This document shows, one piece after another, positions 29,041 through 38,103 of a stretch of 64,000 nt of DNA. The notes beneath the pieces were generated by a model. That model saw only the letters and a program-made list of their open reading frames with translations. It had not been told where the DNA came from and made no database searches. The stretch spans positions 21,832 through 85,831 of the forward strand of contig CATWQA010000002.1 in assembly GCA_958352815.1 (NCBI GenBank), in the 5' to 3' direction. The translations under genes were made by a program, and so were the position numbers. Source of the stretch: an uncultured Eubacteriales bacterium (lineage in GTDB: Bacteria; Bacillota; Clostridia; Monoglobales; Monoglobaceae). How positions within the stretch are numbered: the first letter of the stretch is position 1; each line of letters starts with the position of its first letter.

Positions 29041-29921
29041 ATGTGAAAAAACCAAAGACCAATCAGAAAATCAATAATATATTTTTTATCCTGCTGGGCG
29101 GCTCTGTTATGGGGTTCAGCCTTAGCTTTTTTATCGTTCCGGCACAGATTTCCGCCGGGGGAGTCAGCGGTATCGCAACCGTTTTATACCACCTTTTTAA
29201 CCTGCCCGTGGGAGTTATGGTGTTTGTTCTCAACATTCCCATTTTCATTCTGGGCTTCGTCACCTTTGACGGGAAGTTTCTCCTGACCTCGATCTTAGGA
29301 ACCCTCGCCCTGTCTGTTTCAGCCCAGTTCTTTGAGGCGGACTTTTTCCAAAGGTTTGTTCCCGTGTCCGACGACCTGCTGCTGTGCTCCGTGTTCGGCG
29401 GCGGGTGCTACGGTCTGGGGCTGGGTCTGGCAGTCAGAAGCGGCGGCACCACCGGAGGCACCGACATTCTCTCCCTTGTTATGAAAAAATGGTTCCCCTC
29501 CTTTTCGGTGGGGCAGTTCGTCATCGCTATAGACGGAGTGATTATTGCCGCCTCGGGCTTGGTTTACAGGCGGCTTGATATTATTCTGTACTCGGTGGTT
29601 ATGCTGTTTGTGTGCTCCTACGTGCTGGACGCCATACTGGACGGAGTTGACTTTGCCAAAATCGTCTACATCATCTCGGACAGCAATCCGGTAATCGCCG
29701 CCGCTATCGGACGGGAAATCAGACGGGGCTCCACAATCCTTTCTGGCTATTCCGTCCACACCAAAAAGGACAGAAATATGCTGATGTGCGTCATGAAAAA
29801 ACACCAGGTGCCCAAACTCAAGGAAATTGTGACCCGAATTGACGGGGAAGCTTTTGTGGTTGTAACCGACGCAAAAGAGGTAATCGGGCTGGGATTTAAG
29901 TTATCCGACAAAATCAAATAA
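29034..29921 (+). CDS. YitT-family membrane protein (DUF2179 C-terminal domain)
   Basis: GGVSGIATVLYH and GGTTGGTDIL motifs with multi-TM topology. The start is uncertain: TTG 29034, GTG 29043 or ATG 29109. Confidence 0.8.
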   Translation: MIYVKKPKTNQKINNIFFILLGGSVMGFSLSFFIVPAQISAGGVSGIATVLYHLFNLPVGVMVFVLNIPIFILGFVTFDGKFLLTSILGTLALSVSAQFFEADFFQRFVPVSDDLLLCSVFGGGCYGLGLGLAVRSGGTTGGTDILSLVMKKWFPSFSVGQFVIAIDGVIIAASGLVYRRLDIILYSVVMLFVCSYVLDAILDGVDFAKIVYIISDSNPVIAAAIGREIRRGSTILSGYSVHTKKDRNMLMCVMKKHQVPKLKEIVTRIDGEAFVVVTDAKEVIGLGFKLSDKIK

Positions 29922-30040
29922 CCCAATCATTGAAAAACCAACACTAAATCACTAAAAAACAGTTGATTATGTATAAATAATGTGGTAGAATTACTATATG
30001 GTAAAAAATTAACAATTTAAAATACAAGGAGGAAAAAGCA

Positions 30041-30889
30041 ATGGATTCAAATGAAGTTAAAAATTTGCAAATCCACGCAGCCCATGTAAGAAAAATGGCT
30101 CTTGAAGCTGTTCACAGCGCAGGGGCAGGTCATCCGGGAGGCTCTCTCTCTGTTGCCGACATTCTTACATACTTATATCTAAAGGAAATGAATGTTAAGC
30201 CTGACGACGCTAAAAATCCCGACCGTGACAGATTTGTCCTTTCAAAGGGTCACTGTTCACCGGCGCTTTACGGCGTTCTCGCCGAAGCGGGCTTTATTCC
30301 CAAGGAGGATATTAAGGGCTTCAGAAGTATCGACAGCTATCTCCAGGGTCACCCCGACATGAAGAAGATTAACGGCGTTGACATGTCAACAGGCTCTCTG
30401 GGTCAGGGCATAAGCTGTGCTAACGGCATGGCTCTGGCAGGCAAGTTAGACGGCAAGAGCTATCGCGTTTACACCGCTCTGGGCGACGGCGAAATCGAGG
30501 AGGGTCAGGTTTGGGAGGCAGCTATGTTTGCCGCTCACTATAAGCTTGACAATCTCACCGCTTTCCTGGACTACAACGGATTGCAGATTGACGGCGATAT
30601 TACAAAGGTTATGAACTCAACCCCCATAGATAAGAAATTTGAAGCGTTCAACTGGCACGTTATCACTATTGACGCTCACGACTTCAACCAGATTGAAGCC
30701 GCTGTAAACGAAGCCAAGGAGACAAAGGGCAAGCCCACTCTTATTTTGGCTAAGTCAGTAAAGGGCAAGGGCGTTTCCTTTATGGAGGGTCAGGCAGCTT
30801 GGCACGGCGCGGCTCCCAACGATGAGCAGTACGCTCAGGCTATTTCTGAGCTGGACGCTTATATTGAATCTCTCGGAGGTGACAAATAA
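30041..30889 (+). CDS. Transketolase, N-terminal (TPP-binding) subunit
   Basis: 282 aa with GHPGGSLS, SKGH and GDGE motifs. It is split from the C-terminal subunit. Confidence 0.92.
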   Translation: MDSNEVKNLQIHAAHVRKMALEAVHSAGAGHPGGSLSVADILTYLYLKEMNVKPDDAKNPDRDRFVLSKGHCSPALYGVLAEAGFIPKEDIKGFRSIDSYLQGHPDMKKINGVDMSTGSLGQGISCANGMALAGKLDGKSYRVYTALGDGEIEEGQVWEAAMFAAHYKLDNLTAFLDYNGLQIDGDITKVMNSTPIDKKFEAFNWHVITIDAHDFNQIEAAVNEAKETKGKPTLILAKSVKGKGVSFMEGQAAWHGAAPNDEQYAQAISELDAYIESLGGDK

Positions 30890-31836
30890 TGAAATATAAT
30901 ATCGGCGATAAAATTGCTACAAGACAGGCATACGGTGACGCTCTGGTAGAGTACGGCAGCGACCCCCGCATTGTGGTTATGGACGCTGACCTGTCAAAGT
31001 CCACCAAGACAGACGGCTTTAAGAAAACCTATCCTGAAAGATTTATCAATACGGGTATTGCAGAGGGCAACATGATGGCTACCGCAGCGGGTATTGCAAC
31101 CTGCGGAAAGATTGTTTTCGCAAGCTCTTTCGCTATGTTCGCGGCAGGCCGTGCCTTTGAGCAAATCAGAAACTCTATCGGATACCCCCATCTTAACGTA
31201 AAAATCGGCGCAACCCACGCGGGCATCTCTGTCGGCGAGGACGGCGCTTCCCATCAGTGCCTGGAGGATTTGGGTCTTATGAGAACTATCCCCGGCATGG
31301 TTATTCTTAACCCGGCTGACGCTGTTGAGTCAAACCTGGCCGTTAAGGCGGCTATCGACTACGAGGGTCCCGTTTACCTGAGATTCGGACGTTTGGCTGT
31401 TCCCACAATCTTTGATGAGAACTACAAGTTTGAAATCGGTAAGGGCGTTGAGCTCAGCGACGGTACGGACGTTACTCTTATCGGTACCGGTCTTATGGTT
31501 CCCGCCTGCAACGAGGCAAAGGAAATCCTTGCCGCAGAGGGCATAAGCGCAAGAGTTATCAACATGGCAACCATCAAGCCTATTGACAAAGAGATTATCA
31601 TCAAGGCGGCTAAGGAAACAGGCGCAATCGTTACTGCCGAGGAGCACAACGTTATCGGCGGTCTGGGCAGCGCCGTTGCCGAGGTTCTTGTTGAGAACGC
31701 CCCCGTTCCCATGCAGAGAGTGGGAACTCAGGACGTGTTCGGCTGCTCCGGAAAGCCCTACCCGCTTCTTGAGAAATACGGTCTTGACGCAAAGACAATT
31801 GCAGAAAAGGCAAAGAAAGCTATTGCAATGAAATAA
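30889..31836 (+). CDS. Transketolase, C-terminal (pyrimidine-binding) subunit
   Basis: 315 aa with GIAEGNMM and HAGISVGEDGASHQ motifs. Its start overlaps the upstream stop (ATAATG). Confidence 0.92.
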   Translation: MKYNIGDKIATRQAYGDALVEYGSDPRIVVMDADLSKSTKTDGFKKTYPERFINTGIAEGNMMATAAGIATCGKIVFASSFAMFAAGRAFEQIRNSIGYPHLNVKIGATHAGISVGEDGASHQCLEDLGLMRTIPGMVILNPADAVESNLAVKAAIDYEGPVYLRFGRLAVPTIFDENYKFEIGKGVELSDGTDVTLIGTGLMVPACNEAKEILAAEGISARVINMATIKPIDKEIIIKAAKETGAIVTAEEHNVIGGLGSAVAEVLVENAPVPMQRVGTQDVFGCSGKPYPLLEKYGLDAKTIAEKAKKAIAMK

Positions 31837-31853
31837 AAATAAAAATTGATGTT

Positions 31854-31885
31854 ACTCCCGTCCTTGCGGCGGGAGTTTTTCTTTT
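31854..31885 (+). terminator. Rho-independent terminator after transketolase
   Basis: ACTCCCG-tccttgcgg-CGGGAGT followed by TTTTCTTTT. Confidence 0.75.
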
Positions 31886-31933
31886 GCAACTATATCATAT
31901 TATACGAATTTGGGCGTTTATTTAAATCATAAT

Positions 31934-32002
31934 CCCTGTTAATTTATCTTTTCACATTGGTTTGGATACGGGCGCAATAAATGGCGCCCCTACGAATTTG
32001 GT
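31934..32002 (+). repeat. Half copy (right arm) of a module D variant
   Basis: ccctgttaatttatcttttcacattggt...GGGCGCaataaatGGCGCCCctacgaatttggt parallels 60926-61000. Confidence 0.6.
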
Positions 32003-32038
32003 ATTTACATATACCCACACCCCCATTTACAAAAACAC

Positions 32039-32077
32039 AGCCCGCCCCGTTGCGCTTGCCCGACCTCCCCAAGCGCA
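32039..32077 (+). repeat. Module G copy 2 (lacks the outer right arm)
   Basis: agcccgccccgttGCGCTTGcccgacctcccCAAGCGCa. The inner stem carries a compensated T>C / A>G pair. Confidence 0.7.
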
Positions 32078-32148
32078 GATCGTTCTCCCTCCGGGAGAAA
32101 CGAGTTAGGGGACGCTGTCCCCTAAGACCCCTATTAAAGAGAGACAAC

Positions 32149-32245
32149 AATTTTGATAAAGGCTTTGGCGACATTGCCGCCGCGGCTTGGCATGGCGGAA
32201 TATGGGCTCGGCAATGGTTCAAAGGCAAAGCCTTTATCAAAATTT
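32149..32245 (-). repeat. Module F copy 1: ~96-bp long palindrome (empty site)
   Basis: aattttgataaaggctttggcgacattgccgccgcggcttggcatggcggaatatgggctcggcaatggttcaaaggcaaagcctttatcaaaattt. Confidence 0.85.
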
Positions 32246-32333
32246 GAGCTAAAGCTTCGTTTCGACACGGGCATATTGCGACGACAGTCGCATACTATAT
32301 ATAAAGGCAAATTATGCGCAAAGGATTGATAGT

Positions 32334-32633
32334 ATGTCAGGAAAGAGACGGCGGCGTGACACCGGCGAGCCCACCTTTAAGGAGCGGCTGGCGGACGCGA
32401 TTGATATTTCAAAGGACGTAATGCTTGGCGTGCCGACGGTTACGATGCTGGGAGACAGAGAGCTTACCATCGAAAACTACGTGGGCATAATCGAATACGG
32501 GGAGGAAAAAATCAGAATAAAGTGCAAGGCGGTAAACCTATGCGTAACCGGGTGCAACATGGAGCTTAAAACCATGACCGATGAATTTTTATATATTACC
32601 GGGAGGTTCAAATGCTTTTCATACGAATACTGA
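32334..32633 (+). CDS. yqfC: Sporulation protein YqfC
   Basis: 99 aa: ...DVMLGVPTVTMLGDRELTIENYVGIIEYGEEKIRI... It sits upstream of yqfD. Confidence 0.85.
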   Translation: MSGKRRRRDTGEPTFKERLADAIDISKDVMLGVPTVTMLGDRELTIENYVGIIEYGEEKIRIKCKAVNLCVTGCNMELKTMTDEFLYITGRFKCFSYEY

Positions 32634-33856
32634 ACTACATAAAGGGTTATCTTATTATTAGTATAAAAGGCGTGTTTGCCGAGCGGTTTATAAACATCTG
32701 CGTCCACAGGGGTATACTGCTGTGGGACGTTTCATTTAAGAACGGAGCGTTCGTCGGGAAGATTGGCACAAAAGACTTTTTCAAAATCAGAAACATAGCC
32801 TTTGTTACCCGCTCCCACATAAGAATAGTCCGCCGCAGAGGTCTGCCCTTTTTGCTGAAGCAATACCAAAGCCGCTGGCCTGTTATATTCGGGATACTGC
32901 TGTTTGCGGCAATTGTGAACTTCACCTCTACTCACATCATGAGCGTTGACATAACCGGCAACGAGAGAATACCCACAGAGCTCCTGCGGCAGCAGCTTGA
33001 CCAAGTGGGGGTGGGCTTTGGGAAGTCTGTATCAGGTCTTACCCCCGACCAAATCAGAAACCAAATGATAGTGGCAAACAACGATATTGCCTGGCTGGGC
33101 GTGAACATCAGAGGCAGCCGCGTTTACATTGAAATCACCGAGAGGCTGGACACCGAAAGCGTGCCCCACGTGACCGAGGAAAAATGCAACGTGGTTGCGG
33201 CAAAGGACGGGGTTATACGCCGCCTTGAGGTTAAGCAGGGACAGACCGTTGTTAAAAAGGGGGACGCCGTCCGCGAGGGCGACCTGCTGGTCAGCGGTAT
33301 TATGGACAGTGTGTACGGCGGGTTCAGAACGGTTCACGCCTACGGTGATATATATGCGGAAACCGAGTACGCCGCCACGCGGGAATACCCCTTAAAATAT
33401 ACGGAACGGGAGTACACCGGGCGGGAGACAGCCCGATACAGCCTGCGCCTCATGGGCAGAGAGATTAACCTGTACCCCAATTCCATGAGCCCCGGGGAGG
33501 GCTACGAGGAGCGACGGGAGGAGCACATATACCAAAACGGGAACTTTGACGGGGGCTTCATAAAAAAGACCTTTGCCGAATACACGGAGACCGAAAGGCA
33601 GAGAACCGTCAGCGAGGCCGTGGAGCAGGGAGCGCGGGAGCTTAATGAGGAAGTAAAAGCCCTTATTCCCGACAGCGCAGAAATCCTTGAGAACAAAATC
33701 GAGCACAATATATTATCGGGGGATTTGGTGTCTGTAACCGTGACTTATATCTGCAATGAAAATATTGCAAAAGAGAGCATAATTGATGAAAGTTTGATTG
33801 ACAAAAGTGAAATTTTGGATTATGATATAATAGATGAAGAAAACGGGTCGGAATAA
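32612..33856 (+). CDS. yqfD: Sporulation protein YqfD
   Basis: 414 aa beginning NYIKGYLIISIKGVFAERFINIC with a central TM. The yqfC-yqfD-phoH synteny is conserved. Confidence 0.85.
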   Translation: MLFIRILNYIKGYLIISIKGVFAERFINICVHRGILLWDVSFKNGAFVGKIGTKDFFKIRNIAFVTRSHIRIVRRRGLPFLLKQYQSRWPVIFGILLFAAIVNFTSTHIMSVDITGNERIPTELLRQQLDQVGVGFGKSVSGLTPDQIRNQMIVANNDIAWLGVNIRGSRVYIEITERLDTESVPHVTEEKCNVVAAKDGVIRRLEVKQGQTVVKKGDAVREGDLLVSGIMDSVYGGFRTVHAYGDIYAETEYAATREYPLKYTEREYTGRETARYSLRLMGREINLYPNSMSPGEGYEERREEHIYQNGNFDGGFIKKTFAEYTETERQRTVSEAVEQGARELNEEVKALIPDSAEILENKIEHNILSGDLVSVTVTYICNENIAKESIIDESLIDKSEILDYDIIDEENGSE

Positions 33857-33890
33857 ACCCGTATTACAAATGAAAACACGAGGTTAGTTG

Positions 33891-34877
33891 ATGGAAAGAC
33901 ATATTGAAGTTGAAAAGATGGAACCGGTTATTAACCTGTTCGGAAGCTTTGACGAGAACGTTAAGATTATCGAAAAGGAGCTGGACGTTGCCATTATCAA
34001 CAGGGGCTCCGAGATTAAGGTGGGCGGCGAGCCGGAAAAGGTTGACAAGGCTGTGTCCGCCATAAACCAGCTGCTCCTCATTGCCGCAAGGGGCGAGACC
34101 ATAGGCGAGCAGGAGGTTCGCTATGTTATGGGGCAGATTGACGACGGCAATGAGGAGCAGCTTGTGGATTTGGGCAAGGACGTTGTCTGCATTACCTCAA
34201 GCGGCGCCCCTCTGAAAGCCAAGACCCTGGGACAGAAGCAGTATATAGAAAAGATAAAAAATAACCCAATTGTGTTCGGCATCGGCCCTGCGGGAACGGG
34301 AAAGACCTATCTGGCAGTGGCTATGGCGGTATCGGCGTTTAAGAATAAGGAGGTCAATCGGATTATCCTGACCAGACCCGCCATTGAAGCAGGAGAAAGT
34401 TTGGGCTTTCTGCCGGGCGATATGCAGGAAAAGGTTGACCCATACCTGCGCCCTCTCTATGACGCCTTAGGCGAAATGCTGGGCTACGAAACATTCCACA
34501 AGGTTTTGGAGCGGGGGCAGATTGAGGTTGCGCCCCTGGCATACATGAGGGGCAGAACCTTAGACGACGCCTTTATTATTCTGGACGAGGCGCAAAACAC
34601 TACCCCCGAGCAGATGAAGATGTTCTTAACCCGTATGGGCTTTGCCTCCAAAATCGTCGTAACCGGAGACGTGACCCAGGTTGACCTGCCCAAAGACAAG
34701 AAGTCCGGCCTGCGGGACGCAGAAATCGTTCTTAAAAACATAGAGGGCATTGAGTTTATGTATCTTTCCGAAAGAGACGTAGTGCGCCATCCTCTGGTGC
34801 AAAAAATCGTTAAGGCGTACGAGAAAAAGACTCTGGAAAGAGAAAGGGTTGTGCAGCAGAGGCGCAACAAGCGATAG
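33891..34877 (+). CDS. phoH: PhoH-family ATPase (YbeZ/PhoH)
   Basis: Walker A GPAGTGKTYLA and ILDEAQN motifs. ATG 33891 is preferred over TTG 33888. Confidence 0.93.
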   Translation: MERHIEVEKMEPVINLFGSFDENVKIIEKELDVAIINRGSEIKVGGEPEKVDKAVSAINQLLLIAARGETIGEQEVRYVMGQIDDGNEEQLVDLGKDVVCITSSGAPLKAKTLGQKQYIEKIKNNPIVFGIGPAGTGKTYLAVAMAVSAFKNKEVNRIILTRPAIEAGESLGFLPGDMQEKVDPYLRPLYDALGEMLGYETFHKVLERGQIEVAPLAYMRGRTLDDAFIILDEAQNTTPEQMKMFLTRMGFASKIVVTGDVTQVDLPKDKKSGLRDAEIVLKNIEGIEFMYLSERDVVRHPLVQKIVKAYEKKTLERERVVQQRRNKR

Positions 34878-34906
34878 AAACAAAATATAATATTAAGGAT
34901 AAGATT

Positions 34907-35392
34907 ATGAAAGTTTCAATTTTAAATCAACAGAGCGAGCTGCCCGTCACAAAAGCCGTCAGGGATTTAATAAAAGGGGCGGCGGAGACCACCCTTAAAT
35001 TCTTCGACCTGACCGACAACGTAGAAATCAGCGTTATGCTCACCGACAACGAAGAAATCAGAACCTTAAACAAGCTGCACAGGAACATTGACCGAGCCAC
35101 CGACGTGCTTTCCTTCCCCATGTTCGAATACGACGAGGCCGGAAACATTCAGGAGGAGTTTGCGGAGCTTAACGAGACGGGAGAGGTGTGCCTGGGAGAT
35201 ATTGTCATATCCCTTGAACGCGCCGCCGAACAGGCAGAGGAATACGGCCACTCCTACGAGCGGGAGGTTGGCTTTCTCACGGTGCACTCAATGCTTCACC
35301 TGCTGGGCTATGACCACATGACCCCTGAGGAGGAAAAGGAAATGTTCGGCTACCAGGAGGAAATACTAAAGGTTATGGGGCTGAGGCGATGA
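34907..35392 (+). CDS. ybeY: rRNA maturation endoribonuclease YbeY
   Basis: HSMLHLLGYDH zinc motif; 161 aa. Confidence 0.93.
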   Translation: MKVSILNQQSELPVTKAVRDLIKGAAETTLKFFDLTDNVEISVMLTDNEEIRTLNKLHRNIDRATDVLSFPMFEYDEAGNIQEEFAELNETGEVCLGDIVISLERAAEQAEEYGHSYEREVGFLTVHSMLHLLGYDHMTPEEEKEMFGYQEEILKVMGLRR

Positions 35393-35856
35393 AAGACTTA
35401 CTAAAGAGCTTTGTTTACGCCTTTAGCGGAGTTTGGCTCTGCATAAAAACAGAGAGAAACTTTCGCATACATATGGTGGCGGCGGTTGTGGTTTTTGTTT
35501 TCGCCGCCCTGTACGGCGTGACAAAAACACAGGGCGCGCTTCTTACGGTAATCTGCGCCCTTGTTATCTCTCTGGAAGCCGTAAACACGGCAATCGAGGC
35601 GGCTGTAGACCTGGAGACCTCCCAAAAATCACGGCTGGCAAAAATCGCCAAGGATGCGGCGGCGGCAGCGGTGCTCATATCCGCTGTCGGAGCGGTTGGG
35701 TCGGCAGTGTGCATATTCTCGGATTTATATCGGGCTTTAGCGGTATTTGTAACCCTGTTCACACCGCCCCGCCTGATTTTCACTCTGATATTTATAGGAG
35801 CCGCTCTGTGGTTCATATTCGGCATAAAAAATAATTTGAAAGGCAAGGATAATTAA
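35389..35856 (+). CDS. dgkA: Diacylglycerol/undecaprenol kinase family membrane protein
   Basis: 155 aa with three TM segments and an E..NTAIE..VD motif. The position between ybeY and era is conserved. Confidence 0.85.
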   Translation: MKDLLKSFVYAFSGVWLCIKTERNFRIHMVAAVVVFVFAALYGVTKTQGALLTVICALVISLEAVNTAIEAAVDLETSQKSRLAKIAKDAAAAAVLISAVGAVGSAVCIFSDLYRALAVFVTLFTPPRLIFTLIFIGAALWFIFGIKNNLKGKDN

Positions 35857-35857
35857 A

Positions 35858-36748
35858 ATGAAATCGGGATTTGTTGCTATAACCGGCAGACCGAACGCCG
35901 GCAAATCAACTTTGCTCAATAAAATTGTGGGAGAAAAGGTGGCTATTGTTTCACGGAAGCCCCAGACCACAAGAACAAAAATTCTGGGAGTGCATACCGA
36001 AAAGGACGCGCAGCTTGTGCTTATCGACACCCCCGGAATACACAAGCCCCACAACAAGCTGGGGCAGCGCATGGAAAAGTATATATACTCTGCCACCCGT
36101 GACATAGACGTGCTGGTGTACGTTGTGGACTGCAATATTTCCGACAGGGAATTGGAGCTTGAAAAGCAGGCTCTCACAGGACTTAAGCAGTCGGAGGTCC
36201 CTGTGGTGCTGGCGGTTAACAAGATTGACACAGTGCCGCGGCTTAACCTGCTGCCTGTTCTGGACAAGCTCAAGTCCATATACGACTTTGCGGAAATTAT
36301 ACCCATTTCAGCCCAAAAGGGCAACAACGTGGACAGGCTGATAAGTGTTCTCATCGGCTTTTTGGACGAGGGACCCAAGTTCTTTCCCGACGGCTCCATA
36401 ACCGACCAGCCCGAAAGGCAAATTGTGGCAGAGTTCATACGGGAAAAGACCTTGCGCCTGCTGAACAAGGAGGTGCCCCACGGCATTGCCGTTGAAATCG
36501 AAAGCATGAAGCAAAAGCAAAGCGGCACTTATGAAATCCTCGCCGCAATCTACTGCGAAAAGCAGAGCCATAAGGGAATAATCATAGGCAAGGGCGGCGA
36601 AAAGCTGAAGGATATCGGCAGACAGGCACGGCAGGACATTGAACGTTTCCTGGGCGAAAAGGTTTACCTGGAGCTGTGGGTCAAGGTTAAGGAAAACTGG
36701 CGGAACTTAGATAACTTTATTAACGAGATGGGCTTTGAAAAGAACTAA
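35858..36748 (+). CDS. era: GTPase Era
   Basis: G1 GRPNAGKST, DTPG, NKID, and a KH domain (IIGKGGEKLK). Confidence 0.96.
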   Translation: MKSGFVAITGRPNAGKSTLLNKIVGEKVAIVSRKPQTTRTKILGVHTEKDAQLVLIDTPGIHKPHNKLGQRMEKYIYSATRDIDVLVYVVDCNISDRELELEKQALTGLKQSEVPVVLAVNKIDTVPRLNLLPVLDKLKSIYDFAEIIPISAQKGNNVDRLISVLIGFLDEGPKFFPDGSITDQPERQIVAEFIREKTLRLLNKEVPHGIAVEIESMKQKQSGTYEILAAIYCEKQSHKGIIIGKGGEKLKDIGRQARQDIERFLGEKVYLELWVKVKENWRNLDNFINEMGFEKN

Positions 36749-36775
36749 TCCGCCTCTACTGCAAGGAGGTCTCAT

Positions 36776-37537
36776 ATGCCTGTTATTGAAGTGAACGGCG
36801 TTGTTACCCGTGAAGTCAGGTACGGTGAAAACAGCAGAATATTAACCGTTCTTGCAGAGGACGCGGGGAAAATCTCGGTGCTGGCAGGACGGGCAAGAAC
36901 CAACCGTTCGGGGCTGCTCACCGCCACCCAACTGTTTTCATACTCCAACTTTTCTCTGTTTAAAGGCAGGGAAAACAGCCTGCTCAAGCTGAACGAGGGG
37001 CAGGTTATACAGGCCTTTGCGGACATACGCCTGTCTCTTTCCAAAATGGCGTACGCCTCCTACTTCTGCGATATTGTGAACCACATCTGTGCAGAGGGCG
37101 CGGAGGAAAACCAAATGCTGAAGCTTTTGCTGAACATTTTGTATAAGCTGGCGCTGTCGTATGAGACGGACAAAGGGGAGGCTATGAAGCTGGAGACCGT
37201 ATTCCTGCTTAAAACTCTGGTAAACACAGGCTTTGCCCCAAACTGCGACGGCTGCGCCCGCTGCGGCGCGGACAGCGGCATAAGGCTGTTCCTGCCGGGA
37301 GAGGGCGTCTTTCTCTGCGGCGACTGCCGAAAGGACAACAGAGGCTACGAGGTCAACGACAACCTGTATCGGGCGATGCGGCATATTATAAACGCCCAAG
37401 GCTCGGCAATGTTCGCTTTCTCTTTAGGCGAAAAGAGCTCCCGCTACCTGGCGGCAATCTGTGAGGAATGTATGCGATACCAGCTGGAAAAGGATTTGGG
37501 CACTCTTGACTACTTAAAAAAGGTTCGGGATATGTAG
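36776..37537 (+). CDS. recO: DNA repair protein RecO
   Basis: 253 aa with an OB-fold N-terminus and a CxxC...CxxC zinc motif (CARCG...CGDC). It lies downstream of era. Confidence 0.9.
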   Translation: MPVIEVNGVVTREVRYGENSRILTVLAEDAGKISVLAGRARTNRSGLLTATQLFSYSNFSLFKGRENSLLKLNEGQVIQAFADIRLSLSKMAYASYFCDIVNHICAEGAEENQMLKLLLNILYKLALSYETDKGEAMKLETVFLLKTLVNTGFAPNCDGCARCGADSGIRLFLPGEGVFLCGDCRKDNRGYEVNDNLYRAMRHIINAQGSAMFAFSLGEKSSRYLAAICEECMRYQLEKDLGTLDYLKKVRDM

Positions 37538-37565
37538 ACATACTTGTTATTCAAGGAGAATAATT

Positions 37566-38084
37566 ATGCTTTCAAAAAAAATCATCTGGAAATTTAATAT
37601 TATAGACCTGCTGCTCATATTTATTATTGTCCTGAGTATTGCGGCGCTTATATACAAGTCCGCCTGGGGCAAGAAAAACAGCGAATACAGAACCTATACC
37701 GTGACCTACGTGTGCGACAACACACCTATTGAGCTTATCGACAAGGTTCACGAGGGCGATATATGCGTTGACAGCTCAAACGGAAACGAAATCGGAGAGC
37801 TGGTTGACCTGAGCTATACTCCCATAGCCGAGGAAGGCTTTAAAGCCCCCGAGGAATACGGAGAACAAAGAGATAATAATGATGATAACGAGGACAGAAC
37901 AAGCCCCACTCCCATGCCCACCAAGGAGCCTCTGCGAGCAAGAACCCTGTTTACTACACAGGTTGAGGCAGCAGAGACGGAGCACGGCATAGCCATTGAG
38001 AAAAACACCTATCTCATGGGAATGACTGTCCAACTGGTAATCGGAAACACTATTTTTGACGTATATATAAGCGATATATACTAG
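37566..38084 (+). CDS. Hypothetical membrane-anchored protein (DUF4330-like N-terminus)
   Basis: The FNIIDLLLIFIIVLSIAALIY anchor resembles DUF4330 proteins as I recall them. There is an acidic central stretch. Confidence 0.5.
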   Translation: MLSKKIIWKFNIIDLLLIFIIVLSIAALIYKSAWGKKNSEYRTYTVTYVCDNTPIELIDKVHEGDICVDSSNGNEIGELVDLSYTPIAEEGFKAPEEYGEQRDNNDDNEDRTSPTPMPTKEPLRARTLFTTQVEAAETEHGIAIEKNTYLMGMTVQLVIGNTIFDVYISDIY

Positions 38085-38103
38085 CCGTTCGGAGAGTGTA
38101 ACT

